The notes under the pieces: generated by a model
Told to the model about the DNA's origin: nothing
What the model saw: only the letters and a program-made list of their open reading frames with translations
Database searches by the model: none
From: Octopus vulgaris
Lineage: Eukaryota
NCBI GenBank assembly: GCA_951406725.2
Contig: OX597821.1
Span: 73,780,001-73,844,000 of the forward strand
Reading direction: 5' to 3'
Length of the DNA: 64,000 bases
Position numbers and translations under genes: made by a program
In this document: positions 1 to 11,310 of the stretch, one piece after another
How positions within the stretch are numbered: the stretch's first letter is position 1
Layout of the letters: every line of letters starts with the position of its first letter

Positions 1-396
1 AGCTTAATTTGGTCGTTATTGCTAAGCAAGAGGCAGTCAAATGGCAAGCCATAAGATAGCCGCTTGTAATGTTCAGTGTTTTTCTTAATGTTAGTTTGTC
101 GTCGTCGTTGATGTTGTTGTTGTTGTTGTTGTTATATATGCTCAATCAAAATTCAATAACCATATTTGCATAATACAAGGATTAACATTCCTTTTTTTTT
201 GTAATACTAGGCGTCTGTTCCAAACTGGTTGTTATTATGCCTGTCATCTAGTATACATACATACATACATACATACATACATACATACAAACACACATAT
301 GCATATATATGTATGTATGTGTGTGTGTATGTGTGTTTGTGTGTGCGTGAGAGAATATACATTTATATATATTTATACATGTTCATACACACACAT

Positions 397-443
<47 letters not shown>

Positions 444-454
444 GTATGTATGTA

Positions 455-500
<46 letters not shown>

Positions 501-648
501 CACACGTATGTATGTATGTGTATATATATATATATATACACGCGTGTATGTATGCTGCCAAAAATGATTACATGGTATTCAATTAAGCGGAATAATTCGG
601 CCAGGCGGAGTTGAGTAATTTTAAATTCAAAAATGTATCTTCACAGGT

Positions 649-690
649 CGCCACTCCGAGTTTCGCACTGTCACTCTCGTCAGATGATGT
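649..690 (-). ncRNA. Degenerate type-I hammerhead motif (PLE pLTR remnant)
   Basis: Minus strand reads catcat-CTGACGA-gagtgacagtgc-GAAACTCGGAGT. Stems I and II are decayed. Same GAAACTCGGAGT stem III as the copies near 1570 and 7940. Confidence 0.4.
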
Positions 691-1489
691 GGAACTATAA
701 ATACATAGCTTTGATTAAAAATTACACACGCACATACATACGCAGACAGAAACATAAACACACAAACACACACGTACACACGCACATGTAACGTTACATG
801 TTCTATGTAAAATAACTGCAGTGGACTCAAATGATAAAAGGAAGCGGAATGTCAGCGAAAAGCAAATATTTTCCAACAGGCAGAACGCCATAACTTTTCG
901 GAAACGAGGTTTAGTATTTGCTTGGGATTTCATTTTGAGCGTTGGGGAGAGACAAACGTAAAGATTTGAACTAAGAACTTAATTTGATTGAGTTAAATAC
1001 CACAAGGTTTTTGGTCCCATTTGCTTCATTTACTGTACTCTCCATCTTTCTAGGATCACGAAAAGCAGACATCATCATCTTCTTAATGAAGATGCTACTA
1101 ATACTGATAATTTCTAACAGACACAAGGGCAAACACCGGAAGAAAGCCGCAGCAGACAGGTATAGCAATTTCAGCAGGATAAAATGTGATGCTTCTGCCT
1201 GCGGTCCAAAGATCCAACTGGCATGTATTACGAATTCCTCACTGGGAGAGCAAGTGCATCGCTCAATGCGGACGCACTAGTCGAAGTCGTCATTCGTTAT
1301 TGAGGTGTAAGGTTGATGTTCAAAGTTTCAGTGAGAATATAAGTTCACATGTGGTTTCTGGTCACATGCCTATACACTTTGGGATAGTATGGTACGTAGC
1401 GGCCGTCCACTGACGACCGCCGGAGAGGATTTGTTGACCAACTCACTGCCGATTATCGGAACGGATGAAGTGTGGGTTCGAAGCGAGTG

Positions 1490-1534
<45 letters not shown>

Positions 1535-1567
1535 TATATACATCTGTGACAATTATTCGGTAGCGAT

Positions 1568-1628
1568 GATAAAACTCCGAGTTTTGGATGTCGGGGCGGA
1601 AAATCACGCCGGTATCTCTTCGGTTGTC
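1568..1628 (-). ncRNA. Degenerate hammerhead motif in a PLE-like 3' region
   Basis: Minus: gacaa-CCGAAGA-long stem II-AAAACTCGGAGT-T-ttatc. Stem I is gacaa/ttatc; G12 is mutated. Flanking sequence is homologous to 7910-7960. Confidence 0.45.
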
Positions 1629-1934
1629 GGGCCATCGAAAAAATGCTATGAAAATGACCATTAAAATAAAGGGAAATTACTGCGTGATTGATCTTTATTA
1701 AGACAAAAGAGCTATTAGAATGACAGCTAAGTAAGGGGAGGGAGTAAAGGTGAGTAAAAATGTTCAGAGTATTCGCGTAAGTGCGCATGTCCATACTTAC
1801 ACATGCGCGCCCGCACACCCAGGTACATGCGCCTATAAGTATATACTCATCCACCGTCACTTGAAACACACTTGCTCACCCACACATTCGCCCAAAAAAT
1901 ATATACATACCCGCATGTGTATATATATATATAT

Positions 1935-2393
1935 AATTGTGAACCTTTGTCCCGGTTTGAAAAGGAAATCCGAGCCTTCAAGTAAGTTGGGGCAGGTTCC
2001 CACTGTTTGGGCGTCCATATTTTTTAACCGTTGGTTTCGTGATTGTTTTGTAACGCTTCGCATTTGTTAGTAGTCTCTTTAGCGATTTGTGTTGCTTTTT
2101 GCATTTGATGAGTTTGTGCGTTTTTACACTAGTGCTGAATGCCTCACTCTTTCTGGGGTTGTGTGTTGATATAAATAGTAGTGTTTTGAGATGAGGTGTG
2201 GTGTTACGTTTTGTTGTTCTTAGTGTTTTATGTCTAATTTTTTGGCACGTTTAATTCCCTCGTCTATCAGTGAGGGTGGATATTGTCTTTCAGTAAGCAC
2301 TGTTTTGAAGTCTTGAAGACGAAGTTCCCGAGTTGTTCTATCAGATACTATTGTGCAAATCCTTTTGCCAAATTGAAAGGGATATTTATTTTG
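1935..2393 (-). mobile_element. Penelope-like element fragment (RT thumb plus Cys linker), frameshifted
   Basis: Minus translation with frameshifts: INIPFNLAK.ICTIVSDRTTRELRLQDFKTVLTERQYPPSLIDEGIKRAKKL...FISTHNPR...TCPNLLEGSDFLFKPGQRFTI. A short inversion (2363-2419) lies at its 5' truncation point. Confidence 0.8.
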
Positions 2394-2856
2394 ATTATAT
2401 ACCTTTCAATTTGGCAAAAAGATTTGCTCTAAGCTTGTGTAGAATTAGCATTGTGCAGATAGGAGTGCATCATATCTTGTGCATCATGTAATTTCTTTCG
2501 AGCTATCGATGAATGTGATTTAATACATGGAATTCGTGATCCCTTTTATAATCACATGTATTTGATAAATTTGGAAGAAATGGTAGAACTGATGCTTCCA
2601 ATAAGGTCAACTGGACGGATTTGGTCTTTAAAGACGAGCGACATATGTCTTGAAACATTATGGCTGAGGTGGGCATGCAATATACAAAAACAAATCGATC
2701 AACTGATCTTATCTGAGTTATCTCCCTTGCTTGTAAAGTCCAAACAGTCACAGAGCGAGATTTTGTCAACTAATTCAATAGTATTCTCTGTTTGTTTGAA
2801 TTTTGTTTCCTGTAACTGTATTACCAATGTATGTCATTTATATTTATGTTTTGTAA

Positions 2857-3068
2857 GGCGGCGAGCTGGCCGAATCGTTAGCCCGCCGGACGAAATGCTT
2901 AGCGGTATTTCGCCCATCGCTACGTTCTGAGTTCAAATTTTGTCGAGGTCGATTTTACCTTACATCCCTTTCAGGATCGATAAATTAAGTACCAGTGAAA
3001 CACTGGGGTCAATTATAATCGACTTATCCCCTCCTCCAAAATTTCTGGCCTTTAGTGGAAAGGGTATT
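2857..3068 (+). mobile_element. tRNA-headed SINE family A (Deu/Nin-like central domain)
   Basis: GGCGGCGAGCTGGC head, B-box GAGTTCAAAT, core like GTCGACTTTGCCTTTCATCCTTTCGGGGTCGATAAATTAAGTACCAG. About 15 homologous copies in the window. Confidence 0.85.
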
Positions 3069-3164
3069 TGTGTGCAGGAAACTGTCCCCAGTTTATTCGA
3101 TCCTATCTTTGACATTTTGTCATTCATAATCAGTAAAACTAAATTCCTTCTGTTCCTCCACACA

Positions 3165-3215
<51 letters not shown>

Positions 3216-3347
3216 GTAATAATTTAGATGAGGAAATGAGATGTCAAATTGCCATCACAATTGTTTTCGTAAACAGACGATATTTTTATCCCGTATCTCA
3301 TACAATGTTACGAAACACATACCATAGTATATGGACATATATAAAAA

Positions 3348-3402
<55 letters not shown>

Positions 3403-3539
3403 TATATATATATTGATATATATATATATAGTTAATCCAAACAAGAAAACAAAAACAAAAAAAGCAAAAAAAAAACAACGCAAGGACGTGGAACAAATAA
3501 AGTATTATTGGACGCTCAGGAAAGAAGGGAAGAAGGAGG

Positions 3540-3574
3540 GTTTGACGTTTCGAGCGGAGCTCTTTGTCGGAAAC
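3540..3574 (-). ncRNA. Minimal hammerhead motif with variant core
   Basis: Minus: GTTT-CCGACAA-A-GAGC tcc GCTC-GAAACGTC-AAAC. Stem I GTTT/AAAC, palindromic stem III ACGT, GUC site. Confidence 0.55.
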
Positions 3575-4011
3575 ATAGGAGAAGGAAAGATCCCGAGAAG
3601 GGAAGACAGGGGAAAAAAATCGCTAGTGATACAGACGAGGTCACATACTAAAAGACGGAAGTGGTAAAATTAGAAGAATAATGTTTTTAAAAGACAGGAG
3701 AGCTATATCAAAGACAGTATGGTAAGGAAGGTGTGCGATGATGACAAGTGTGCGCGCGCGTGTGTGTGCGTGTGTGTGTGTGTGTGTGCGCGCGTGTGCG
3801 TATGTGTGTATGGCGAACAACTGGGTAGCAGGCTAGTAGTAAGAATTAAGGAGTGGTGTTGTGGGTCCAATCGCAGGTCAAAAACAAAGAGGTATGTGTG
3901 TGTGCGTGCATGTATATGTATCGTGTGTGTTTTGTTTGTAGTATGTGTGTGTTTTTGTGTGTATGCGTGGAGTTTGGGTGTGTGGCGAGTAACTGTGCTT
4001 AACTTAGTGTA

Positions 4012-4167
4012 TATAATTTACATTATTTATATTTGACGGATATTTGTCCTCATCTTGTTTGTTGTTAACACAACGTTTTAGACGATATACCCTCCAGCCT
4101 TCATGAGGTGTCTTGGGGAAATTTCGAACCTGGGTTCTCATTCCTAAGGTAATTTTCGTTGTTGTTG

Positions 4168-4242
<75 letters not shown>

Positions 4243-4312
4243 TCACTGCTTGGAATCGAACTCAGAATCTTGGGGTTAGTAGCTCGCACTCTTAACTACT
4301 ACGCCATATACC
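4012..4312 (-). mobile_element. tRNA-headed, hammerhead-containing short retroelement (SINE/retrozyme)
   Basis: Minus: tRNA-like head with A and B boxes (4239-4312), then (AAT)n, then a body homologous to 57814-58000 carrying a mutated HHR at 4067-4112. Confidence 0.7.
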
Positions 4313-4315
4313 TGT

Positions 4316-4475
4316 GGGTTCGAAATTTCCAGGCTCGAAATTTCCCGAAGACACCTGATGAAGGCTGGACGGTATATCAGCCGAAGCATTGTGCTAACAA
4401 CAAACAAGATGAGGACAAATATCCGTCAAATGTAAATAATGTACATAATTCCCCATCTCTTAAATATAGAACTGA
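4316..4475 (+). mobile_element. Inverted partial copy of the same HHR element (HHR at 4350-4395)
   Basis: GACAC-CTGATGA-A-GGCTG..CAGCC-GAAGCATT-GTGCT. Reverse-complement match to about 4020-4130. Confidence 0.75.
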
Positions 4476-4566
4476 TATATATAACTGAAATTTATAGAAA
4501 AAGAAAAGAGAAAGAAAGGTGTATAAACAACAAACAGATGTATTTAACGCTTGGGAAGTGAGAAAG

Positions 4567-4604
4567 TCTTTTACATTTCGAACCTACGCTCTCCAACAGA
4601 AAGG
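4567..4604 (-). ncRNA. Hammerhead-like motif, CUGUNGA family (degenerate)
   Basis: Minus: ccttt-CTGTTGG-A-GAGC gtag GTTC-GAAATGTA-aaaga. Homologous to 42227 and 56157. Confidence 0.5.
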
Positions 4605-5316
4605 AACACGAGGAAATAAACAGAGTGAGAATAAAAAAAACTTTTGGAGCTAGCAGTCAGTCATTATATACACACACATATAAGCATTTATGTACGTATG
4701 TATGTATGTATGTATGTATGTATGTATGTATGTATGTATGTATGTATGTATGTATGCATGCATGCATGCATGCATGCATGAACTTATCACTGACAATTAA
4801 GCACACAATACTTCGCCGAGGAGGTGTAAAACACAGAAACATCTCTGTTGCTGTCATTAGTTATCTTTAAAATCAAATTCCACCCCAATCTCAGTTTTGT
4901 CCAAAAATTTCGATTAATGGATTCTAATGGCATTGTCTCACTTGATTTTTCTTTTTAAATATGACATAACTCTGGAGGGCGTTTTTACCTGCTAATTACA
5001 TACTTTATCTCAATTGATTTAAGTTTTCCGACTCACATAGGTAAGTCCCTACCGTATTTGTACTTAGGCTGTACTGCACTCCCTTAAGATGTTCTCCCGA
5101 GCCATATTGTTGGTGAGTGTATAGTTTGTAGTTTTCTTGAAAAGTGGAATCTGTTCGCCTCGTGGGGTGGGTAGGGGTGGGGGAGAAGCTTCCATTGAAA
5201 GAAAAAGAGGACTTGGATACTGTATGATAAACCTACTCCTGCAAGACAGAGAATTATACAGATAGCCTTTGAAGGATGAAATGGAATCTTTTACTTAATT
5301 TTTTTTTGCATTCATT

Positions 5317-5580
5317 TAGGCATAGGCGTGGATGTGGGGTAAGAGGCTTGCTCTCCAAGGACATGGTTCCGGTTCAGTCTCACTGAACGTGGTACCTTGG
5401 GCTAGGGCCTTCAACTATAGCCTCCAGCCGACCTTGTCGGTAGATTTGGTAGATGGAAACTGAAAGAAGCCCGTCGTATGTATATATGTGTGTCTGTGTC
5501 TGTACCCCCATCATCGCTTGACAACCGATGTTGGTGTTTTTACGTCCTCGTAACTTAGCGCTTCAGCAAAAGAAACCACG
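5317..5580 (+). mobile_element. tRNA-headed SINE family B with internal microsatellite
   Basis: Head plus CCTTGGG...GATTTGGTAGATGGAAACTGAAAGAAGCCCGTCG followed by a (TA/TG) tract. About 10 copies in the window. Confidence 0.75.
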
Positions 5581-6154
5581 TGAAACAAGCACCTCGTTGT
5601 TGATATTAAGATAGTTAATAAGAATTGATTGCCTGCGAAGAAATAAATGTATGAGAAGGGGACGTTCAAGTGTCCAGCATTTGGTCTGAAAGCGAACGCA
5701 AACCAGATAACCAGAAATGACTCTGACGAAGGTAGCTTTAATCTTTTCAGATCGTTCAATTTTACTCAACTGGTCAATAGAGTAATTGAGTAAACCTATC
5801 AGTAATGACTACTGGAAATAGCTGTAAGCCAAATTTGTTTCAATAAAGGAAAAACATGTAATTACCATTATTTCTAACTTGTTTATATATATAATACAAA
5901 AATGGGACAAGAACGCAAAACATCCAGACAGACGATACAAAGAAAACAAGGACGGGTCATTCGGAGTTTTCTATCCTCAGTCGAGTTCCAGGTTATCTTT
6001 GCAATTTCGGCTGGTTATGCTCGAGATTGCTCCAATCTGGCCAGCCCCAAGGAAAAACTAAGCCAAGAGCACTAGATTCCTTGGAAGAAAGCAGCGAATG
6101 TATACGAAAACAAGGACGGAAAAAAACGGAGAAATGGTACACAAATACAAATGC

Positions 6155-6249
<95 letters not shown>

Positions 6250-7171
6250 TATGTATGTATGTATGTATGTATGTATGTATGTATGTATGTATGTATGTAT
6301 GTATGCGTGTGTTGATGAGTTTACCTTATTTGCAACATGGCACTCCGGCGTAAAAACTGGTAAAATCGGTACAAAGCTTAAAAAAATAAGTACTGGGGTC
6401 GATGCATTCGACTAAAAAATCTTCAAGGCCCTGCCCCAGCATGGCCGCAGTCTAATAGCTGAAAGGAATAAAGGATGATTAAACTTTATATACATTTGCA
6501 GTGTAACATATAAAGTAAAATCGAAGACCTTGTTGCCACTATGAATTAAATTAGTGCAGCCTTGATTCGAACCACGCCAAACAAGCATCACGTTGTTGGT
6601 ATTAAGATATTTAATACGAACCGATTTCTCGCAAAGAAATAAATGTATGAGAAAGGATGTCCAAAGTCTCACGCATTTGGTCTGAAAGCGAACGCAAACC
6701 TCAAATATATTCTACGAGTGTAGAATTCGGATTCGATTCCACATTAATTTATATTCATTGCTTTATGAAAGAAGTGTCTATTCTCAATGATTTTCGAACA
6801 TATCAATTCGGAAACGGCGCGAGGTTCTAGTCCCCACCCACCCACTGTAATTTATTTACTGTACATTGTTGCTTTTTTTTTATTTATCTCATTTCTGTCC
6901 TGTAGGCATTTCATATTTTTGTCTTTTATTTGCCACTTAAATAGAAATATTCAAATCAACTGTATTTTGATTTAAACAACACAAGAAAGGCCAAAATTAT
7001 AATTCTCTCATATATGATATTTCTTTTCGTAGTCCACTAAGATAAACTCAAATACTTAGTTACATACACACACACACGTATATGTATGTATGTATATATA
7101 TATATACATATATACATATATATATATATGCATATACATATATATATTTGTATATGTATGTATGTATATAT

Positions 7172-7586
7172 TTTTATTCTTTTACTTGGTTTCAGTGATT
7201 TGACTGCGGCCAAGCTGGAGCACCGCCTTCAATCGAACGAAATCGAACCCAAGACTTATTCTTTGTAAGCCTTGTACTTATTCTATCGGACTCTTTTACC
7301 GAACTGCTAGGTTACGTGAACGTAAACACACCAACATCGGTTGTGAAGCGATGGTGGCAGGAGCAAACACAGGCACACAAATACCTACCTACCTACCTAC
7401 ATACATACATACACACACATATATATACGACGGGCTTCTTTCAGTTTCCATCTACAAAATCCACTCACAAGGATTTAGTGGACCCGAGGTTGTAGTAGAA
7501 AACACTTGTCCAAGGTGCCATGCAGTGGGACTAAAACCCAGAACCATGTGGTTGGGAAGCACACAGCTTCTTACCACACAGCCACC
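7172..7586 (-). mobile_element. SINE family B, near full length
   Basis: Reverse complement of the 51935-52299 copy, including a degenerate GGCGGTGCTCCAGCATGGCCGCAGTCAAATGACTGAAAC tail. Confidence 0.85.
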
Positions 7587-7779
7587 CGTACGCCAATTCG
7601 CGGTTCATCTATCGCGGTTTATTATTCAAGCTTACGTGATGTTTGGGATTTATAGTAAAATAAATATATACAAATTATGAAAAAAAAAAATAATATACAG
7701 TACAGTATTGTTTCTACTTCGCCGATTTTCACATATCACGAGGGTTTTTGGAACGTAACATACGCGATACTCGAGGGAC

Positions 7780-7827
<48 letters not shown>

Positions 7828-7830
<3 letters not shown>

Positions 7831-7988
7831 AAAAATGGTAAGACAACAAAAGAAAGAAAGAAACCTCGATATTATGTAAATAGTGGAATTTATCTGTAAA
7901 TGTAATATGAGACAATTATTCGGTAGCCATGATAAAACTCCGAGTTTCGGATGCCGAGGTGGATTTCCACCTCGGCATCCGAACTCGG
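7828..7988 (-). mobile_element. Truncated PLE pLTR piece ending in a near-perfect hairpin
   Basis: Homologous to 1548-1600. ccgagtttcggatgccgaggtgga-tt-tccacctcggcatccgaactcgg (7940-7988) is the HHR 3' half plus a fold-back. Confidence 0.55.
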
Positions 7989-9089
7989 ATGACCGTATTC
8001 ATTTGAAATTTTAAGGGCCAACCAAACTTTGGTCAGTGTTGTTTTTAATTAATGTGAGCCAACTTTAATAATGGTGGATCCAACTTCGAAAGCGACAACG
8101 TCAAACTAGCTGACACTCTTCTGTCAACTTCTGTTCACCTTTACTGTCCTTCGTTCCTTAATAGTTTCAGTTTGCAGGAAATGAAATGCTTTGTAGCCCG
8201 GAGACCTAGGGACGAGGTCCCCAAATATTTAGTTTTCAACATGACCGGCTGAAGATGTTTTCAACGAGTATGTTGAGAAACTACGCTGTTAGGAAGCGAA
8301 GTTGAAATCTTACAATAACTGTGCCTATGTTAATATAGCTGATATCATATATACAATATATAAATTACATATATCTAATATAAAAGTTATGTATATATTA
8401 TACATACATAATATAGTCGATATCAATTATATATGCATAAAACGAAATATTGGTGGAGTTGTGCAACGTGCAATCACTCGTTAAAACGTTCTTTTCATAG
8501 GAATAAAATTCCGGTAAGGTTTTATTTTTCACATTGGATGTCATGGTCCTAGGTATAATATATGCTGGAGTACAGCGAGGTGGTCATTATTGGAACATCT
8601 TTGATTATAAGTCTGTTCAGATGGTGTCAGTCTAGGGTTAAACAACCACAACAGCAGAATTACCTGATAAAGTTATGTGAAAACCATTCAGCCATCAGTG
8701 ATAAATTGTTCCAGCTCAGGTGAAGTTCTTGATAGAACAGACTGATTAAGATTTTGGTTCTACTTGACGGCATTTATTGCTGCGATTAAATCTTAAACAA
8801 CAAACGACAGACTTTGATTGGCTTTTAAAAGAAATAGTTGTGTGATAATCCAGTCGACTCTGAACGAATAAAGAGACAAGATATTTCATGTGATGAAAGA
8901 CAGAGTGACATTTTTAGCGTTTCATAGTTTTTGCCTTGATATTCATCAAACCAAGAACAAAAAGAAAAACAACAAAAAGAAAAAAACAAAATGGAAGCAA
9001 AACAAAAAAGAAACAACCCCTGCTCTCATTCTGCATCAAGTTTTCTCTTTTTTTATCGAATATTATAGAAAAAATATCAATGAAAGAAC

Positions 9090-9247
9090 AGAGTACAGCA
9101 GGGTTCGCCACCACTCCCTGCCGGAGCCTCGTGGAGCTTTTAAGTGTTTTCGCTCAATAAACACTCACAACGCCCGGTCTGGGAATCGAAACTGCGATCC
9201 TACGACCGCGAGTCCGCTGTCCTAGCCACTGGGCCATTGTGCCTCCA
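9090..9247 (-). mobile_element. tRNA-headed SINE family C
   Basis: Minus: GGAGGCACAATGGCCCAGTGG...GTTTCGATTCCCAGACCGGGCG (A and B boxes). Second copy at 44360-44569. Confidence 0.85.
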
Positions 9248-9704
9248 CAAAACGTATGATATAATGAAAATGAGAAATGCAAACGATGTTACTTGCCCCA
9301 CCAAGTAACATCACTTACTTGCCTTTACCTCTGTATTCCACTATGTCCAGTTCAAAGTATATTTTTAGTTCCTCATAATCTATAGATTTTGGCAATCTAT
9401 TCACTTTCCATATCTCACATCCTTTTTTGTATTCTTAAATTTTGTTCATTTGCTGTTCAGTTATTAATACACCCCGCAAATTTAACTTCGATTCAAGTTA
9501 GTAAATATTTCACTTCATTTAACATATAGCACAAGTAGTTTTTGGAAAAAAAGATCGAATGTTCCAAAATTAAATACGTCTTCCTAATTCTTTGAAATAA
9601 ATCAACGAATTTTGTCTCAACTAAACCTTAATGACAGACCCCCTTTAATGGATTTATCAACAGTTCTACAATTATGACAACTATAGCGTAATTATTTGTT
9701 TTCT

Positions 9705-10449
9705 TTTCTACTTTGGGGCACAAGGTCCGAAATTTTAGGGGAGTGGTGACCAGTCGATTAGATCGCCCCTAGTACGCAACTGGTATTTAATTTATCGATC
9801 CCGAAAGGATGAAAGGCAAAGTCGACCCCAGCGGAATTTGAACTGAGAACGCTAAGCATTTCGCCCAGCGTGCTAACGTTTCTTATTTCTTTACTGTCCA
9901 CAAGGGGCTACACACAGAGGGGACAAACAAGGACAGACAAACGGATTAAGTCGATTATATCGACCCCAGTGCGTAACTGGTACTTAATTTATCGACCCCG
10001 AAAGGACCTCGGCGGAATTTGAACTCAGAACATTTAATCGACCCCGAAAGGATGAAAGGCAAAGTCGACCTCGGCGGAATTCTTCGCTTTGTGCCGAAAT
10101 TTGAAGCCAATATAATGTAATGTATGGTATCATAATCCTTTCTACTGGAAGCACAAGGCCTGAAATTTGGGAGAAGGGATTAAGTCAATTACATCGACCC
10201 CAGTGCGTCACTGGTATTTGTTTAATTGACCCTGAAAGGATGAAAGGCAAAGTAGACACCGGGGGAATTTTGGTGGAGGGAATCAGTCGATTAGATCGAC
10301 CTTAGTACGCAACTGGTACTTAATTTATCGACCCCGAAGGGATGAAATGTAAATTCGACCCCAGGGGAATTTGAATTCAGAACGTAGGGGCAGACAAAAT
10401 ACTAAGCATTTCGCCCGGCGTAATAACGATTCTGCCAGCTCGCCGCCTT
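9705..10449 (-). mobile_element. Cluster of nested or tandem SINE A copies
   Basis: The CGACCCCGAAAGGATGAAAGGCAAAGTCGAC core recurs about 5 times; both 3' tail types are present. Confidence 0.85.
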
Positions 10450-10479
10450 CATGTGTGGCATTATAATGTAAAATATAAG

Positions 10480-10745
10480 AAGCACTCTGTCGATTATGAC
10501 GACAAGGGTTTCAGCTGATACGATCAACGGAAGAGCTTGCTCGTGAAATTACGTGCAAGTGGCTGAGTACTCCACAGTCACATGTACTCTTAACGTGGTT
10601 CTCAGGGAGATTCAGCATGACACATAGCATGTGACAAAGCTGGCCTTGTGAAACACAGGTACGACTCATTTTTTCCAGCTGAGTGGACTGGGGAATCGTG
10701 AAATAAAGTGTCTTACTCAAGAACACAATGTGTTGCCAGGAACTG
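10480..10745 (-). mobile_element. Older SINE (family D), degenerate
   Basis: Minus GTGTTCTTGAGTAAGACACTTTATTTCACG..CCAGTCCACTCAGCTG. A related piece lies at 31430-31560. Confidence 0.55.
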
Positions 10746-11310
10746 ATATAACATAATGTTATAAAACAATGCCTTAACAGGTGTTTCATGGTGCTTCTGA
10801 TGCTACCAATGCACGTATATTTCTGCATACCTGCCTTCACCTCACATTTTTAAACTACATTCTTTATTACGCAGTTGTTGTTAAGTCTACATTCCTCTTT
10901 ACATCTACAGTTGCGTAAGATATTATTTTTTCTGTTCTCCCTTCACAATGTAAAATATAATATAGAAGGTGTATAATACAAGTAAATTAAAATACTGGCG
11001 TTAGTTCAATCCGCGCTCTATCACACGCCTACCAACGTTTGTTCTGATGATAATTTGAGAACAAGCAAATATTGTAGTGAAACATTATAAAGCAAAATAA
11101 ACTTCCAGTGTGTTGAAACCTAGACCGCGATTAGATCCATGGACACCAGATTATAGTCTTGGTATCGTGTGCAATGTAACTTCACACCATCTGTATTTAA
11201 TCCAAACCAGAGAAAAGAAAGAAATTTCACATCATATCCTTCTATTTAAAACATAACTCAGATAAAAACAATCCTCTCAAAAAAACATGGAGTTATTATA
11301 ATTTAAACTG

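Noticed and set aside
4239-4312. Functional tRNA gene (also the heads at 9175-9247 and 44495-44569)
   Set aside because: Acceptor and anticodon stems do not pair properly and the heads run into repeat bodies; these are SINE heads.
5995-6060. HHR-like scaffold on minus (GGCTGG..CCAGCC-GAAATTGC)
   Set aside because: The CUGANGA side is unrecognisable (TTCCTTGG); too divergent to call.
9705-10449. Regularly recurring ~30-bp motif resembling a CRISPR array
   Set aside because: It is the SINE A core in nested copies. The intervening sequences are homologous, there are no cas genes, and the DNA is eukaryotic.
11040-11097. CTGATGA...GAAAC motif
   Set aside because: Stem I and the NUH site cannot be placed in register, and stem II is poor.
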